This document shows positions 28,188-41,608 of a stretch of DNA of 64,000 nucleotides, piece by piece; the stretch's first letter is position 1; each line of letters starts with the position of its first letter. Source of the stretch: Octopus bimaculoides (taxonomy: Eukaryota). The notes beneath the pieces were generated by a model. The model made no database searches and was not told where the DNA came from. It saw nothing but the letters and a program-made list of their open reading frames with translations. The position numbers and the translations under genes are program-made. The stretch covers positions 41,853,931-41,917,930 of the forward strand of contig NC_068985.1 in assembly GCF_001194135.2 (NCBI RefSeq). The letters run 5' to 3'.

Positions 28188-28537
28188 CAGTGGTTCTCTT
28201 ATATGGCCAGCCCTTGAGAGTCCATATAAGATTTTGCAGGTTCCACACAACAAAATAATAAATTGGGGATCCACAATAGTATTTTGAGGGCTCCTGAAAA
28301 AATTTTGCTTTAGATGTATGTATTGGTATGTAAAGCAAAAAACAGCTATGTTTCTTTCTCTAATATTTTGCATAGTTCAACATACACAAGTGAATGTGTG
28401 AAAAACAAAATAGGAATTTTGAAAGAAGTTTATATAAAACAAGTTTTTAATCATAGAATGGCTATGGGGGTCCACCAGAATAAAATAGTAATCAAAGGGG
28501 TCCATAGATAAAAAAAAAATTTGGCTGGGAACCTCTG
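28188..28537 (-). mobile_element. hAT-type MITE, same family as 26882-27190, inverted orientation
   Basis: The interior is the reverse complement of copy 1. TSD atttagac/atttacac. Confidence 0.82.
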
Positions 28538-28958
28538 ATTTACACTATTTATTTAACCAACACCTTTATAAGTGAGAATGAAGGACAGATTCATCCTTGG
28601 TAGGATTTGAGCTGAGAAAGTAAAAAGTTGTAAGTAAATATTACAAATCATTTAGTTCCACACACTAACATATATGTTATTCTCTTTCCTCTTATTTTTA
28701 GTTTCACTTTGGTATAGTGCTGCTAACATTGGTTTAAACAAGACTTTCATGTGATGAATACTTCTCTCAATCCAGGAATCCATAGATAGTCTTGAACTCA
28801 TCACTGTAAACTAATGAATTACTTGCTTACAATAATCCCACTGCTGCTTTTGGTAGTTTGTTGTACTTCACTATGGTACCTATTAATGGCTACTTGAACT
28901 GGACCTGGTTGAGTGAAATATGTTTACCAAGAATAGACACTGCACAATGACATTGATA

Positions 28959-28992
<34 letters not shown>

Positions 28993-29223
28993 GCGCGCGC
29001 ACACACACACATGTGCGCGCGCGCACACACACACACCACATCCACTTTCTGGACAAAGGTATAGCATCTCATTAAGGAGGGGAGAAACGTGTTTAATTGT
29101 AATAACAAAGGCAAAGTGGTGGCTGTTGATGAGGTAGACTATGATAATGAGGTTGAATTGATGTCAAAAGTTGATGGTGGCAAGGATGATGATAATGTTT
29201 ATGATGAATATAATGATGTAGAG

Positions 29224-29822
29224 CAGTGGTTCCCAACCTTTTCACAGTGGTTCCCAACCCTTTTATTTAAATGAATTTTCCCACAGACCCCTTTTAATAT
29301 AGTTATCCTTATATTCAGTGGTATACTGGCCAGATTGCCAGCTTGCCTGATGGCAAGTGGGCCCCTGCGCCATTAGAATTCATATATTGGGGCCCGTGTT
29401 AGTACCTAAGGGGCCTATCCCCTCAAGTTTGAGAATTTTTTATTGACTTCTAGAAGAATGCATAAATTATTTCAGCCTGGCTCTGTTTGTAGACAGTTGA
29501 AAAGAATACTTTTATTATCATTAATATTATTCAGGTTACTGCCTGGAATCGAACTCAGAATCTTGGGGTTAGTAGCCCGTACTCTTAACCATTACGCCAT
29601 ATGCCTGTACAAAAAAAAATAAATAAATGATAGCATTGTAGTTGCGGATGGGCGCCCTTGTAGTTGTGGGTCGGCCCCCTTAGTCTCCTGACAACCAATA
29701 TTTTTAGACCCAGTCTGCCACTGCATATATTTATATATGCAATTTTAAGTTTAGTTCATGGACTCCTAGTACTACCTTTGCAGATTACCAGAGGCCTATG
29801 GACCCCAGGTTGGGAACCACTG
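29224..29822. mobile_element. hAT-type MITE containing a tRNA-like SINE
   Basis: TIRs cagtggttcccaacc and ggttgggaaccactg; TSD atgtagag/atgtatag. It interrupts a degenerate (GAT)n tract. Confidence 0.85.
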
Positions 29823-30003
29823 ATGTATAGTGTTGTTGATGGTAATGATGTTTATGAGTAGAATGTTGATGATAATTAATAGAATATTGATGAAGAGATT
29901 GCTGATGATGATGATGTGTATGATGGTGATGAGTAGAATATTGATGTTAAGGATAATAGTAATAATAATGTTGATGGTGATGATGGTTTATTTCTGCTTG
30001 CAG

Positions 30004-30095
30004 CTGCTGATTTGTGCGGTGAAAAACTTGCTTGGTTTTTTGGTATCACAAGCCCCAAATATCAATATGCAATTGATGAATATTACAAAGAACAA
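30004..30095 (+). CDS. FAM177A1: FAM177-family coding exon (A-ADLCGEKLAWFFGITSPKYQYAIDEYYKEQ)
   Basis: Acceptor tttctgcttgcag, donor gtaagt, phase 1/0. GEKLA..FGITSPKYQYAIDEYY is the conserved FAM177 core. Confidence 0.95.
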
Positions 30096-32898
30096 GTAAG
30101 TAACCTTTTCACCACAGCGCAACCCATATACTTTTTGTTTTCTTTCTTCATAGTGGCAGCTTATATACATGTGTAGATCACAAGTGTTCAAGCTTAGGCA
30201 ACCCTGTTGCAGAGTTTGTTGTGCCATACACTAAAACTAAAATGAGAGAGAGACTCTCCACAGTTCGACCTGCTAGAAAGAGTAGCCAAATTAACCTCAA
30301 ATTATACCTGCCAGTACCGCCTGACTGGCCTTCGTGCGGGTGACACGTAAAAGCACCCACTACACTCTCTGAGTGGTTGGCGTTAGGAAGGGCATCCAGC
30401 TGTAGAAACTCTGCCAAATCAGATTGGAGCCTGGTGTAGCCATCTGGTTTCACCAGTCCTCAGTCAAATCGTCCAACCCATGCTAGCATGGAAAGCGGAC
30501 GTTAAACGATGATGATGATGATGATTTTTTTCATTCAAGTTTGAGCTGGAGCTAAACAACAACACATTACATTTGTCCTGTTGTTTAGACTCAAATCAGT
30601 CCTGATCAGAAATATTTTATTCTTGACCAACTCCTACATTTTCCAAACATGAAGTCAAACAACTGCATAGAGGTCATCTTGTTGGCTTATTGTTACAAGT
30701 TGTAGAGTTGTTGTCATTTAACCCCAGGTTAGCCCTATACAAGCAGACCTGTGATCAAAGGCATTCCAGCCATGACCTTCCTATCTTTTTATCTAAAGAA
30801 ATATTGCAAATCAGACAACATTATATATGATGTGCTCTTCCTTTTTGTATATATGTTCAAGTATAGCTTGGAGGAGATATGACTGCATGTGTCAAGTGAC
30901 TAGAAATTCTGTTTTCTGTGTTTGTCCCAGGTCAAAGCTGTTGTAGCTTACTGAGTCAGTAGGGATGCTAGCATACTGACTTAAAAATCAAGGGTTCATG
31001 TCTTTTCTCCTGGTACAGTTGAAGGAGTATAACCAAATGAATATGATATTTAACAGTAAAATCATAGATCTTGAGATCAAATCACTGCCTATCGTTTTCA
31101 CTGAATTTAATAATATACAATTCCTAACATCACTACAAGATTTCAAGTTTTGAAAAAGTATACAATCAATTTAATCAATCCCAGTATATTATTGATAGGT
31201 ATTTTGGCAGAATTCTGGTTCAAGCATCCCATATAACCCCTCACCCTTTTTTACTTTTTGGAATTTTCAGAAAACTTTTGTGAATTTGTGTTCCATATAT
31301 GGGAATTCGTACTATTTAGCTGTTATTTTTGCACATCTCATGACCACCTGATATCTTTTTTGTTTCTTTGTCACTCTGACCTGCATTGATGTTTTTCAAT
31401 ATTTTTCTCCCTGTTTACACATTTAATGAAATGATGATGCACCCAGGGGTGCTCCATTGCTGGGATTTAAGCAAAAAAATTTGGACTGTACATATGTTAA
31501 ACTCTAATTAAAAAAAAACATTTGTAAAAGAGTGGGAGTTTTAGGATTAAATATTGAAAAAAATATCTTTTTTTTATAATCGTATGAATTCTCGCATGTG
31601 GAACACAAGTTATGAAGGGTTATATGAGGTGCTTAAACCAAAATTCTTCTGGTATTTTATCTACCTGCATGGATTTAATGGTAAAGTCTATTCAGGTAGG
31701 ATTCAAACATGACAACAAGATGCTACTGAATGCTCTTAGCCTTTTAGTCTGGCACTCTACTGTCCACCACTTTTTTTTTTTTTTTTTTGCACTTGACTGT
31801 TGCCATAGGCATGGCTGTGTTGTTTACAAGCTCACTCTACAACTGTGTGCTTTTGGGTTCAGTCCCATTGTATGGCATCTTGGGCAGGTGTCTTCTATTA
31901 GCCCCTGGCTAACCGATGTCTTGTGAGTGGATGTGCTAGATGAAAACTGTCATCATCATCATTATCTTTTGTGCATGACTACGATAGATCCGGCACCATT
32001 CGTGGAAGCTTTTGCCTGCTTCTAAGACCAATTGATCCATGCTTAACTGCCTTTGGTACAGAACCCTTTTCCACTTCGGTCTTCCAAGTTTGTATGTATG
32101 TGTATATATGTGTGTGTGGCTTTTTTCCCACCAATACCACCAGCATTGCTTGAAAACTGGTGTTGGTTTCTTTACATCTCCATAACTTTGCAGTTTGGTA
32201 TCAGAGATGAATAGAATATGTACCAAACTTAAGAAAATTAATCCTGTGGTTAATTTGTTTGATTAAACCTTTTGAGATGCAGCATGACCACTGTCCAATG
32301 ATCAAAATGAGTAAAAGGTAAATGATAAAATATCTTAATTAATTTTAAAAGATATATAGCTTACTCTCTTTATTCTTTTACTTGTTTCAGTCATTTGACT
32401 GTGGCCATGCTGGAGCACCGCCTTTTAGTCGAGCTAATCGACCCCAGGACTTATTCTTTGTAAGCCTAGTACTTATTCTATCAGTCTTTTTAGCCGAACC
32501 GCTAAGTTACGGGGACGTAAACACACCAGCATCGGTTGTCAAGCGATGTTGGGGGGAAAAAACACAGACACACATACATACATATATATACATATATACG
32601 ACGGGCTTCTTTCAGTTTCTGCCTACCAAATCCACTCACAAGGCTTTGGTCGGCCCGAGGCTATAGTAGAAGACACTTGCCCAAGGTGCCACGCAGTGGG
32701 ACTGAACCCGGAACCATGTGGTTGGGAAGCAAGCTACTTACCACACAGCCACTCCTGCACCTATAGATTTTCTCTGAGGAATAGGTGGAAGGTGTGAGGG
32801 GTTTTATATCTGAATGACAGCAACTGCGAAGAAAAAAAAAAAGAAGAAAGGAAAATCTCAATCATTTAATAAAATCTCAATGTTTCTGTCTTTTGCAG

Positions 32899-33036
32899 GA
32901 AGAAAAGACTAATACTGAGAAAGAAAGACTTCATTCAGTAAAAACTAGCAGTGAACCAGTAACTGCTCCACCAGCTTCTAAGAATGTGTCTGAAAATCCT
33001 CCAACTCAAGATTATGAAAATCTTGACAAATTTTGA
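32899..33036 (+). CDS. FAM177A1: FAM177-family terminal coding exon (EEKTNTEKE...QDYENLDKF*)
   Basis: Acceptor tttctgtcttttgcag, phase 0, 45 codons then TGA. It continues EYYKEQ-EEK as expected for the acidic/charged segment after the core. Confidence 0.8.
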   Translation, partial: EEKTNTEKERLHSVKTSSEPVTAPPASKNVSENPPTQDYENLDKF

Positions 33037-33068
33037 GCATAACACATCTTTGTTAATTTTTACTTAAC

Positions 33069-33116
<48 letters not shown>

Positions 33117-33199
33117 CTCTTGATATTTTTTTCTTTTGCTCTTTCTTTCTTTTGTCTGCCTTTTCCCTACTCCCTACCCTCATACATTAACAGCAGCAG

Positions 33200-33234
<35 letters not shown>

Positions 33235-33244
33235 CTACTGTTAA

Positions 33245-33503
33245 AGAAGGTCAATGGCAGAATCAGAAGAACACAAGGCAAAATGCTGTGCGGTATTTTT
33301 TTTATTTACTTATTTAGTAATATTCGTTTTTTTGTTCTGAGTTCAAATCATGCCAGGATCAACAAAGCCTATTTTTTTTCATTCTGCCAAGGTCTATAAA
33401 ATAAAGCTGTCAGTCACATACTGGAGTTGATGTCATCAACTCACTTCATCCCACAATTTATGGCTTTGAACATATGTTGTGTCAACACTTAAAAAAACCA
33501 TTA

Positions 33504-33548
<45 letters not shown>

Positions 33549-33775
33549 TATATCCTCATAATCATCATTATATGAAGGTGTGAGCTGGCAGAGTTGATAG
33601 CATACAGCAATTTTTCAGGTTTTACGTCCTGAGTTCAAACGTCGCTGAAGCCAGTTTTGCTTGTCGTACTTCCAGAGCTGATAAAATAAGTAACAGTTAG
33701 TATTAGGGTTGATCTAACTGACTAGCCCCTTCCTTCAAAATTTCAGGCCTTGTGCCTATAGTAGAAAGCGTTTTA

Positions 33776-33810
<35 letters not shown>

Positions 33811-35225
33811 TATTATTATTAATAAGGTGAGCTAGCAGAAGTGTTTAGCATGCTTGGCAAAATTCTTAGTGGCATTTCATCTGTCTTTGCATTCTGAGTT
33901 CAAATTCCGCTGAGGTTGACTTTGCCATTCATCCTTTCAGGTTGATAAAATAAGTACCAGTTATGCACTGGGTTCGATGTAACTGACTAGTCCCCTCCCC
34001 CAAAATTTCAGGCTTTGTGCCTTTAGTAGAAATGATTATTGTTATTATTACTACTACTACTACTACTAAAGTCGTGAGCTGGTAGAGTCGTTAGGATGCC
34101 AGGCAAAATGCTTAGTAGCATTTCGTTCATCATTATGTTCTGAGTTCAAATTCCACCAGGGTCGACTTTACCATTCATCCTTTCAGGGTCAATAAAATAA
34201 GTACCAGTTGGATACTGGGGAGTCAATGTAATCGACTTACTCCCTCCCCTGAACTTGCTGGCCTTGTGCCAAAATTTGAAATAATTTTTATTATTATTGC
34301 TTGGCAGAATGGGTAACGTTATTAGCACTGTTGCATTGCTGAAAACTGGGAAATGGGATTGGGCCACATTCAAGACAATAACATCTGTTCATTTCTTCTT
34401 CCAGGTCTTCCTCTTATTGTAATTAAACTTTGTAGGATAAATTACAGAGTTGTTGCTCTTTTTTTTTTTTTTTCCATAATTTGGTGATTGTAGGAGGTTT
34501 ACTGATGCAATTTACCTAAATCACTACAAGTGAGAGAGGTGTCACTTATCTCAACTCAACCATACTCACTTATTGTGAAAATAATTAACATTACTTCATT
34601 TTTTATTAATGATAATTAACATACCTGTCTAATTCTTCAACTTAATCAAACCTCCAAGTTCTGCGTAATCTGTGTTCCAACTGAACACCATTCCATTCTT
34701 TTATACTTTCCATTAACTTATCTTTTGTTAATATTTATTGTTATATTTAAGATTAATAAAAGAACTAACGAATAAAGTTGGTTTGTCAGTATATTCACAC
34801 TTTGTCTTTATCATTATTTTACAATTCATTGTTATTTTCTTGTATTAATAATTTTTTTTTTTTTTTTTGAAGTGGTGGGATGGCAAAATCATTAAAATGT
34901 TAGAGGAAATGTCTTACTGTATTTCTTTTGGTCCCTTATGTTCCGAGTTCAAATCCTGCCAAGGTCAGCTTTTGCCTTTCATCTCTCTAGGACCAGTAAA
35001 ATAAAGTACCAGTCAAGTACTGATTTGATATAACTGATTAATCCACTCCCTGAAATTTCAGGTCTTTTGGTTTAGCAGAATTGTTAGAGCATCAGAAAAA
35101 AAAGGTGTCTTGAGAGGGTTTCTTCTGGCTCTTTACATTGTGAGTTCAAATCCTGACAAGGCCAACTCTGTTTTTCATCCTTCTGGGTTTGATGAAATAA
35201 CATACCAGTTCATTACTTGGTTAAC
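33245..35225 (+). mobile_element. Array of about 6 head-to-tail family A SINEs separated by (TTA)n/(CTA)n
   Basis: Each copy has ggcagaa..ttag..gcaaaatgcttag...ctgagttcaaat...gtcgactttgcc.ttcatcct...ataaaataagtaccag. Confidence 0.85.
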
Positions 35226-35268
35226 CCTGTTGCACCTTGTTCCTGTTATAGTGAGAATAGCCTAAACA

Positions 35269-36029
35269 CCTGAGGTGGCATCAAAAAGTTCCTGGACTAG
35301 TTCTGTAGTGCACCAGCAGATGACAGCACACAGTTGTGTGCGCAGTGAGAGCTAGCAGTGACTTTCATTTGGCAGTGTCCCGAGTGACATTGCTGTGTTT
35401 AAATTACAAGTTGTGAAATTTGTGTTTTTGTGATCACATGTATGCTGTAGTCTGCGATTTTTGTCATGGACAGGAAGTTGGAACAAAAAACCAATGTGAA
35501 ATTTTCTATTAAACTTGGGAAGTTTGCTACAGAGTCATTGAGCATGCTTCAGCAGCGGGGCAATGGGTTGTACACAATGTTTTGAGTAACATGGGTGCTT
35601 CAAAAGTGGAAGAACATTCCTGGTAGACCTGCTATAAGCTTCACCCACTGAAATGTGGAGAAAATTCATCAGTTTGTGCATGATGATCATTAGAGGACAA
35701 TCAATGATGTTTTGAAGTGTCTGAGGGAGGACATTTGGCGAAAGCGACTGAATCTGTGGAGCACAAAGAATTGGATTCTTCATGACAAAGCACCTTGTCA
35801 CTGACCTCTCCTCACTCATGAGTTTCTTGCCAAAAACAGCATGGTATTGCTTCTGCACTCACCTTATTCACCAGATTTAGCACCTGCAGACTTTCATCTC
35901 TTCCAAGATGAAAATGTAGCTCAAAGGTTGCTGTTTTAACACCGTTGTCAAGATCAAGAGTGAATCACAGAAGATCCTCAACTTACTTACTGAAAACCAC
36001 TTCCATGGAATTTTTTGATAATATCTCGT
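35269..36029 (+). mobile_element. Internally deleted mariner element
   Basis: TIR-like ends tgaggtggcatcaaaaagttcc and ggaattttttgataatatctcgt; relic HDKAPCH...PYSPDLAPADFHL. Confidence 0.8.
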
Positions 36030-37649
36030 CATCTCTGCTGGATTCCCATTAAAGTGGTAATTAACAACATGTATAAAAGGAAGATAAAATACTAAAATTA
36101 GACAACCAATCCCATTGCAGCTTTGTTGACAAGTGTGTTAATGACTCATTGTTAATGATGTTCCCCCACAGCAGCTGTTTATTTCTTTTCTTAATTGAAA
36201 AATGAAATTTTTTTTGCAATGAAATAAGCATGTGATGAACCTAGCACTTTGTCTGGTAAACAAGCAAATCCTAAACATTTTACAGTTGAAATTATTGATG
36301 ATAGTTATTCTTGCAATGAGGATGAGCAAGAATTTCAACAAGTTTACCGTAATGCAGACAGTGAAAGTGATTTGGACAATGAAACTGGTTAAAATGTGAA
36401 GAAAGTAGCATTTTGGGTGAACAAATTTTGTGGTTGATATTTTGAATTTTGCACAGAAGTTGTTGAAGCAGAGTTTTCTCAGTCAGATGATCCTCCTGTT
36501 ACCAAATTCAAATGTTTACAAGAAAGACAATATTTCTTCTTGTTCAATGGCTGGCCAACAATCTTTCAATGATGATTGTAAAAATAAAAAGTACTGTTTT
36601 TGTGTAACTGATTTTTGTGCTTACAATTAGTGCATGCTTATCAAGACAATGGAAGCACAACATACACACACACACACATATATTATTCTTTTACAAGAAT
36701 AGTCTAGCAGTTTAGTCTGCTTAGCTTTCATTGAACTGTCCAATATAGGCTAAACAAGCTAAAACTTTGAAGTTAATGTCAACACTATTCTTGTAAATGG
36801 GTATTCTACAAAAATTATTGAATAATCCTTCAGTTTAATGTAAAATTATTTTTATTATAACTCAAATAAAAACAAGCATTAATATATATATAGCAAAATC
36901 GTGATGGCACTCGGCTTGTGAAGACCTGTTGGGGCAAGTGAAAGCGAAATTGTGATGGCACCTGTACCAGTAGATCACTAAGAGCACCGTCTGAGCGTGA
37001 TCGTTGCCAGAGCACCAGCTGTCTGGCTTCCGTGCCGGTGGCACGTAAATAGCACCATTTGAGCGTGATCGTTACCAACGTTGCCTTCCTGGCACTTGGG
37101 CATGTGAAAAGACATTCGAGCGAGTTCATTGCCAGTGCCGCTGGACTGGCTCCTCTGCAGGTCGCACGTAAAATACACCATTTCGAGCGTGGCCATTGCC
37201 AGTACCTCCTAACCAGCCTTTGTGCCGGTGGCACGTAAAACCACCCACTATACTCTCAGAGTGGTTGGCGTTAGGAAGGGCATCCAGCTGTAGAAACTGC
37301 CAAATCAGATTGGAGCCTGGTGTAGCCATCGGGTTCACCAGTCCTCAGTCAAATCGTCCAACCCATGCTAGCATGGAAAGCGGACGTTAAACGATGATGA
37401 CGATATTGAACACAAACATCAACTCATAGAATACTGGTGGAACATTCCCATCAGAATGTCTGTCAAGTGTAAGCTTAACATGCCGAATATTGTTGTTTGG
37501 GACAGACAAGAAAAAGTATGTAGTCATAAAGGACATAGTAAATATTGCAATACTGTGTATTCTAATACAGCATCCACTTTTAAGTGGTGATAAAGTCTAA
37601 CTTTTGATATTAACGCTGCTTCTGTTGCTTTGTTATACATACATCATCA

Positions 37650-38710
37650 TCATCATCATCATCATTTAACTTCCGTTGCCATGCCAGCGTGGGTTAGACA
37701 GCTCAACCAGGCTGGCATGCCGGAAGGCTGCACCAGACTCCAGTCTGATTTAGCACTATTTTCTACAGCTGGATGCCCTTCCTAATGCCAACCACTCCGA
37801 GAGTGTAATGGGTATTTTTACGTGCCATTTGCAAGACACCGGTATTTGCCATGACAGCAATTTTGCTTGGCCTGATGAGTCTTCTTCTCAAGCATGACAT
37901 AATGCCAAAGATCTTGTTCAGTGCCTCCGTGAGGCCCAACACCTGAAAGGAACTCAGCCACTTTGCCTTCATGAGGCCCAATGCCTGAAAGGAACTCAGC
38001 CACTTTGTCTCCATGAGGTGTTCTTTACATGCCACCAGCACAGATGCACTTGGCTAGATGGATCCTACCAAGTACAACACCTTGTCAAAGGTCTCGGTCA
38101 CTAGTCATTGCCTCTGTGAGGCTCAAAGTTCAAAGATCATGCTTCACTACCATGTTCCATGTCTTCCTGGGTTTACCTCTACTACAGATTCCCTTTACAG
38201 TTAGAGATCGGCATTTCTTTACACAGCTGTCCTCATCCATATGTATCACATGACCATACCAGTGCAGTCGTCTCTCTTGCACACCACATCTGATGCCTTT
38301 TATGCCTAACTTTTCTTTCAAGATGCTTACACTCTGTCAGACATACACACTGACATTGCACATCCAGTGAAGCATACTGGCTTCATTTCTTTCAAGCCTA
38401 CACATTTCCTTGGCTGTCACAGCCCATGTTTCACTGCCATGCAGCATGGCTGTTTGCACACAAGCATCAACTCTGAGAGAGAGGCCCTTTGTTGTCAGTA
38501 GGGGTAGGAGTGCTCTGAACTTTGTCAATCCTAATTTTATTCTCACAGCTATGCTCTTGGAGCATCCACCTCCATTACTAACTTGGTCACCTAGATAATG
38601 GAAGCTATCTACTACCTCTAGCTTGCCCCCTGGCATATATATATAGCCACTGCTAAAGCTATTGCTGTTACTAGTACTGTGACCCAGCAACCAGCACAAG
38701 GAAACCAACT
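37650..38710 (-). mobile_element. RTE LINE 3' end (ORF C-terminus, 3'UTR and (GAT)n tail)
   Basis: LEVVDSFHYLG...AMLHGSETW...RRLHWYGHVIHM...RGKPRKTW, then a UTR ending in gatgatgat. Confidence 0.88.
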
Positions 38711-38900
38711 ATTAGCACTATGTGACTTTAGTTAGAAAATACACATGAACTTTTAGAATTTTCAATTTATTTTCTCTTCACTTACAGCATGACCAAATTG
38801 TTTTTAAAATGATTGAAACTGGTAGCATGTTTCATAAAAATGTAAATTTCTCTTTTCTGTCCATGATAAAGTTCTCAAAGTATTTTCTTCTTTTTGTTTT

Positions 38901-38951
<51 letters not shown>

Positions 38952-39284
38952 TACATAAAACAACAATAACAACAAAGTTGGATGCTTCTCTTTTCCTCTG
39001 GGTGTGGTAGATGAGGAAGAACTGAAAAATTGTTGAGATGATGCAAGACAAACACACTGATGCCTGTATGAAAAAACAGATGTATGATGATGATGATGAT
39101 GATGGATGTTTTAAAAGAGAAAATAAAATATATAAACAAGAAATAGTTTAAAAGATTTCATAAAATTTTATTGATATAAAGGTAATTAATTAATTTCAAT
39201 AGAAAATACAGAGCACCAGGCACTATATCTGAAAATAAATTAATGAAACTATAACAAAAAATTTATAATCACTCATTATATGGG

Positions 39285-41444
39285 CACAAGGCCAGAAATT
39301 TAATGGGGAGGGGCTTAGTTAATTAAATCAGCCTCAATAACTGGCTGGTATTTTATTTTATCAACCTGAGCTGGATGAAAGGCAAAGGTGAACCTAGCAG
39401 GATTTGAACTTAGAATGTAAAGGAATGAAGTTAAGCATTGCAGAGCATTTTGTTTGTTGTTCCATAGGTTTTGCTATTCACCATCTAAATAATAATGAAG
39501 AGAATTTTGAAATTTACCATGAGCACAAATTTTAGGGCAAGGGTATAAATGGACCCTAATACTTGACTTGGCCCTAATACGTCTTGTCTTGGCCTGGAAC
39601 AGAATGTAAAGGGATGAAGCTAAATACTACAAAGCACTTTGTTCAATACCTTACTGATTATGCTGGCCCATATAATGTGGTACTCAGCAGCCTGGGACCT
39701 TATTTCTTGCTCTACAATGCTTACCAGGGATAAATAAAACATTGATTAAGTGACCGATGTAATAATAAATTTGATTTTTATATAAATTATCTATGTATTG
39801 CACAATTACTAAAATTTTTCAACAATTTCTCCAGATTTACTCAAAACCACAACTTGAATAGGGAAGGGGAATAAAATTGTATGACATTCATTGCCTTTTT
39901 TTTAAGGCAAACATTAGCACCAGTTGTATAAAGTTAACCAGCAGAAGCTGAGAATCAAAACCAGGTCATAGATTTCACTAAGCAAAGGCTGATTACTTGT
40001 TCTATTGTACAATGCTTTCTTGTCCTTCTAAATCTTATGAAATTGATTGACTTCAAGATGCAAAGTGCCAAAAGTTTCTGTTGGGAAGTTTGTAAAATAA
40101 AATTGTAGAGAAACCAAAGTCAAAGTAGACTTTTCAGTAGGGCTTGGGCTAAGATTACAGAAAAGACAAAGCATAGAAATGAATAATGAAAGGGCAAAGT
40201 CTACCCTGGCAGGATTTGAATTTGAGATATAAGGAAACATAATTGAATACTGCAAAATATTTTGTCCTGTGTTCTACTGTTACTGCTATCAGACTGATGA
40301 TAATGATGACAATAATAATGATGATGATGATTGATAATAATAATCCTTTTGATTAAAGGCACAAGGTCTGGGTTTTTTTTAAGGGAAGGGAAGTCAATTA
40401 CATCGACTCCTGTGCTCAACTGGTACTTATTTTATCAACCCTGAAAGAATGAAAGTCAAAATCAACCTTGATGGAATTTGAACTCAGAACATAAAGACAG
40501 ATGAAATGTTGCTAAGCATTTTGTCTGGCATGCTGACAATTCAGCCAGCTCACTGCCTTAATAATAATAAAAATCCTTTCTGCTACGGGCACAAAGCCTG
40601 AAATTTGGGGGAAAGAGGACTAGTCAATTACATCAAACACAGTGCTCAAATGGTACTTATTTTATCGACCCTGAAAGGATGAAAAGCAAAGTCAACCTCA
40701 GTGAATTTGAATTCAGAAAGTATATGTGGACGAAATGCTGTTAAGCATTTTGTCCAGCATGCTAACAATTTTGCCAGGTTAATAATAATAATAACTGGTC
40801 AGGAGCACAACTCTTGAAGAGGTCATATCAATTTTGTTGCATCAGCAGTAGGTTATGTCTAGTCTGGTCTAATAATTGTTCTTATCTTGATAACCCCAGA
40901 AGAATGAAAGGTGAAGTCAACCCTAGCAAAATTCAAATTCAGAACACATTTGTAATTTTGTTTAGCTAATGATAATTCTTCCTTATTTTGGCACAAGGCC
41001 AGCAATTTGAGGGGAGGGAAAGTCAATTACATCAACCCCAGTGCTCAACTAGTACTTATTTTATTTCCCCTGACAAAATGAAAAGCAAAGTCAATCTCAG
41101 TGGTATTTGAACTCAAAACATAAAGCTGGAAGAAATACTGCTAAGGATTTTGTCTGGTATGCTAACAATTCTGACAGCTTGGTGCTTTGATAAAAATAAT
41201 AATAATAATGATAATGATGATAATAATAATAATTTCTACTATAGGCACACGGCCTGGATTTTGTGGGAAGGGGAACAGTCAATCACATCGGCCCCAGTAC
41301 TCAACTGGTACTTAATTTATTGACCCTGAAAGGATGAAAGGCAAAGTTGACCTTGGTGGAATTTGAACTTAGAATGGAGCAACAGGTGAAATACCGCTAA
41401 GCATTTCGTCCAGTATGCTAACAATTCTGTCAGCTTGCCACCTT

Positions 41445-41445
<1 letters not shown>
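39285..41445 (-). mobile_element. Array of about 7-8 head-to-tail family A SINEs separated by (AAT)n
   Basis: Repeated ggtacttattttatc.accctgaaaggatgaaaggcaaagtc.ac...gaatttgaactcagaa...ctaagcatttt blocks, all on the minus strand. Confidence 0.85.
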
Positions 41446-41479
<34 letters not shown>

Positions 41480-41608
41480 CAACAACAACGTGTTCTTCTT
41501 TTAAACCATTCAACTGTCTTATAATAAAGTCATTAAAGTTGTGATTCGAACTGGAGACTTTTTTGAATAGATTGGTAAAAGGGGAAAATTGGTTCACTAA
41601 TGTTATGC

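Noticed and set aside
36895-37260. Spaced subrepeats resembling a CRISPR array
   Set aside because: The context is eukaryotic, the repeats are degenerate without unique spacers, and they are part of a dispersed retroposon family.
38900-39063. Strong minus-strand acceptor (tctgttttttcatacag) as an alternative last exon of the receptor
   Set aside because: The phase-0 translation (ASVCLSCIIST...) runs into a (GT)n microsatellite and has no family resemblance. The 41632 exon is far more convincing.
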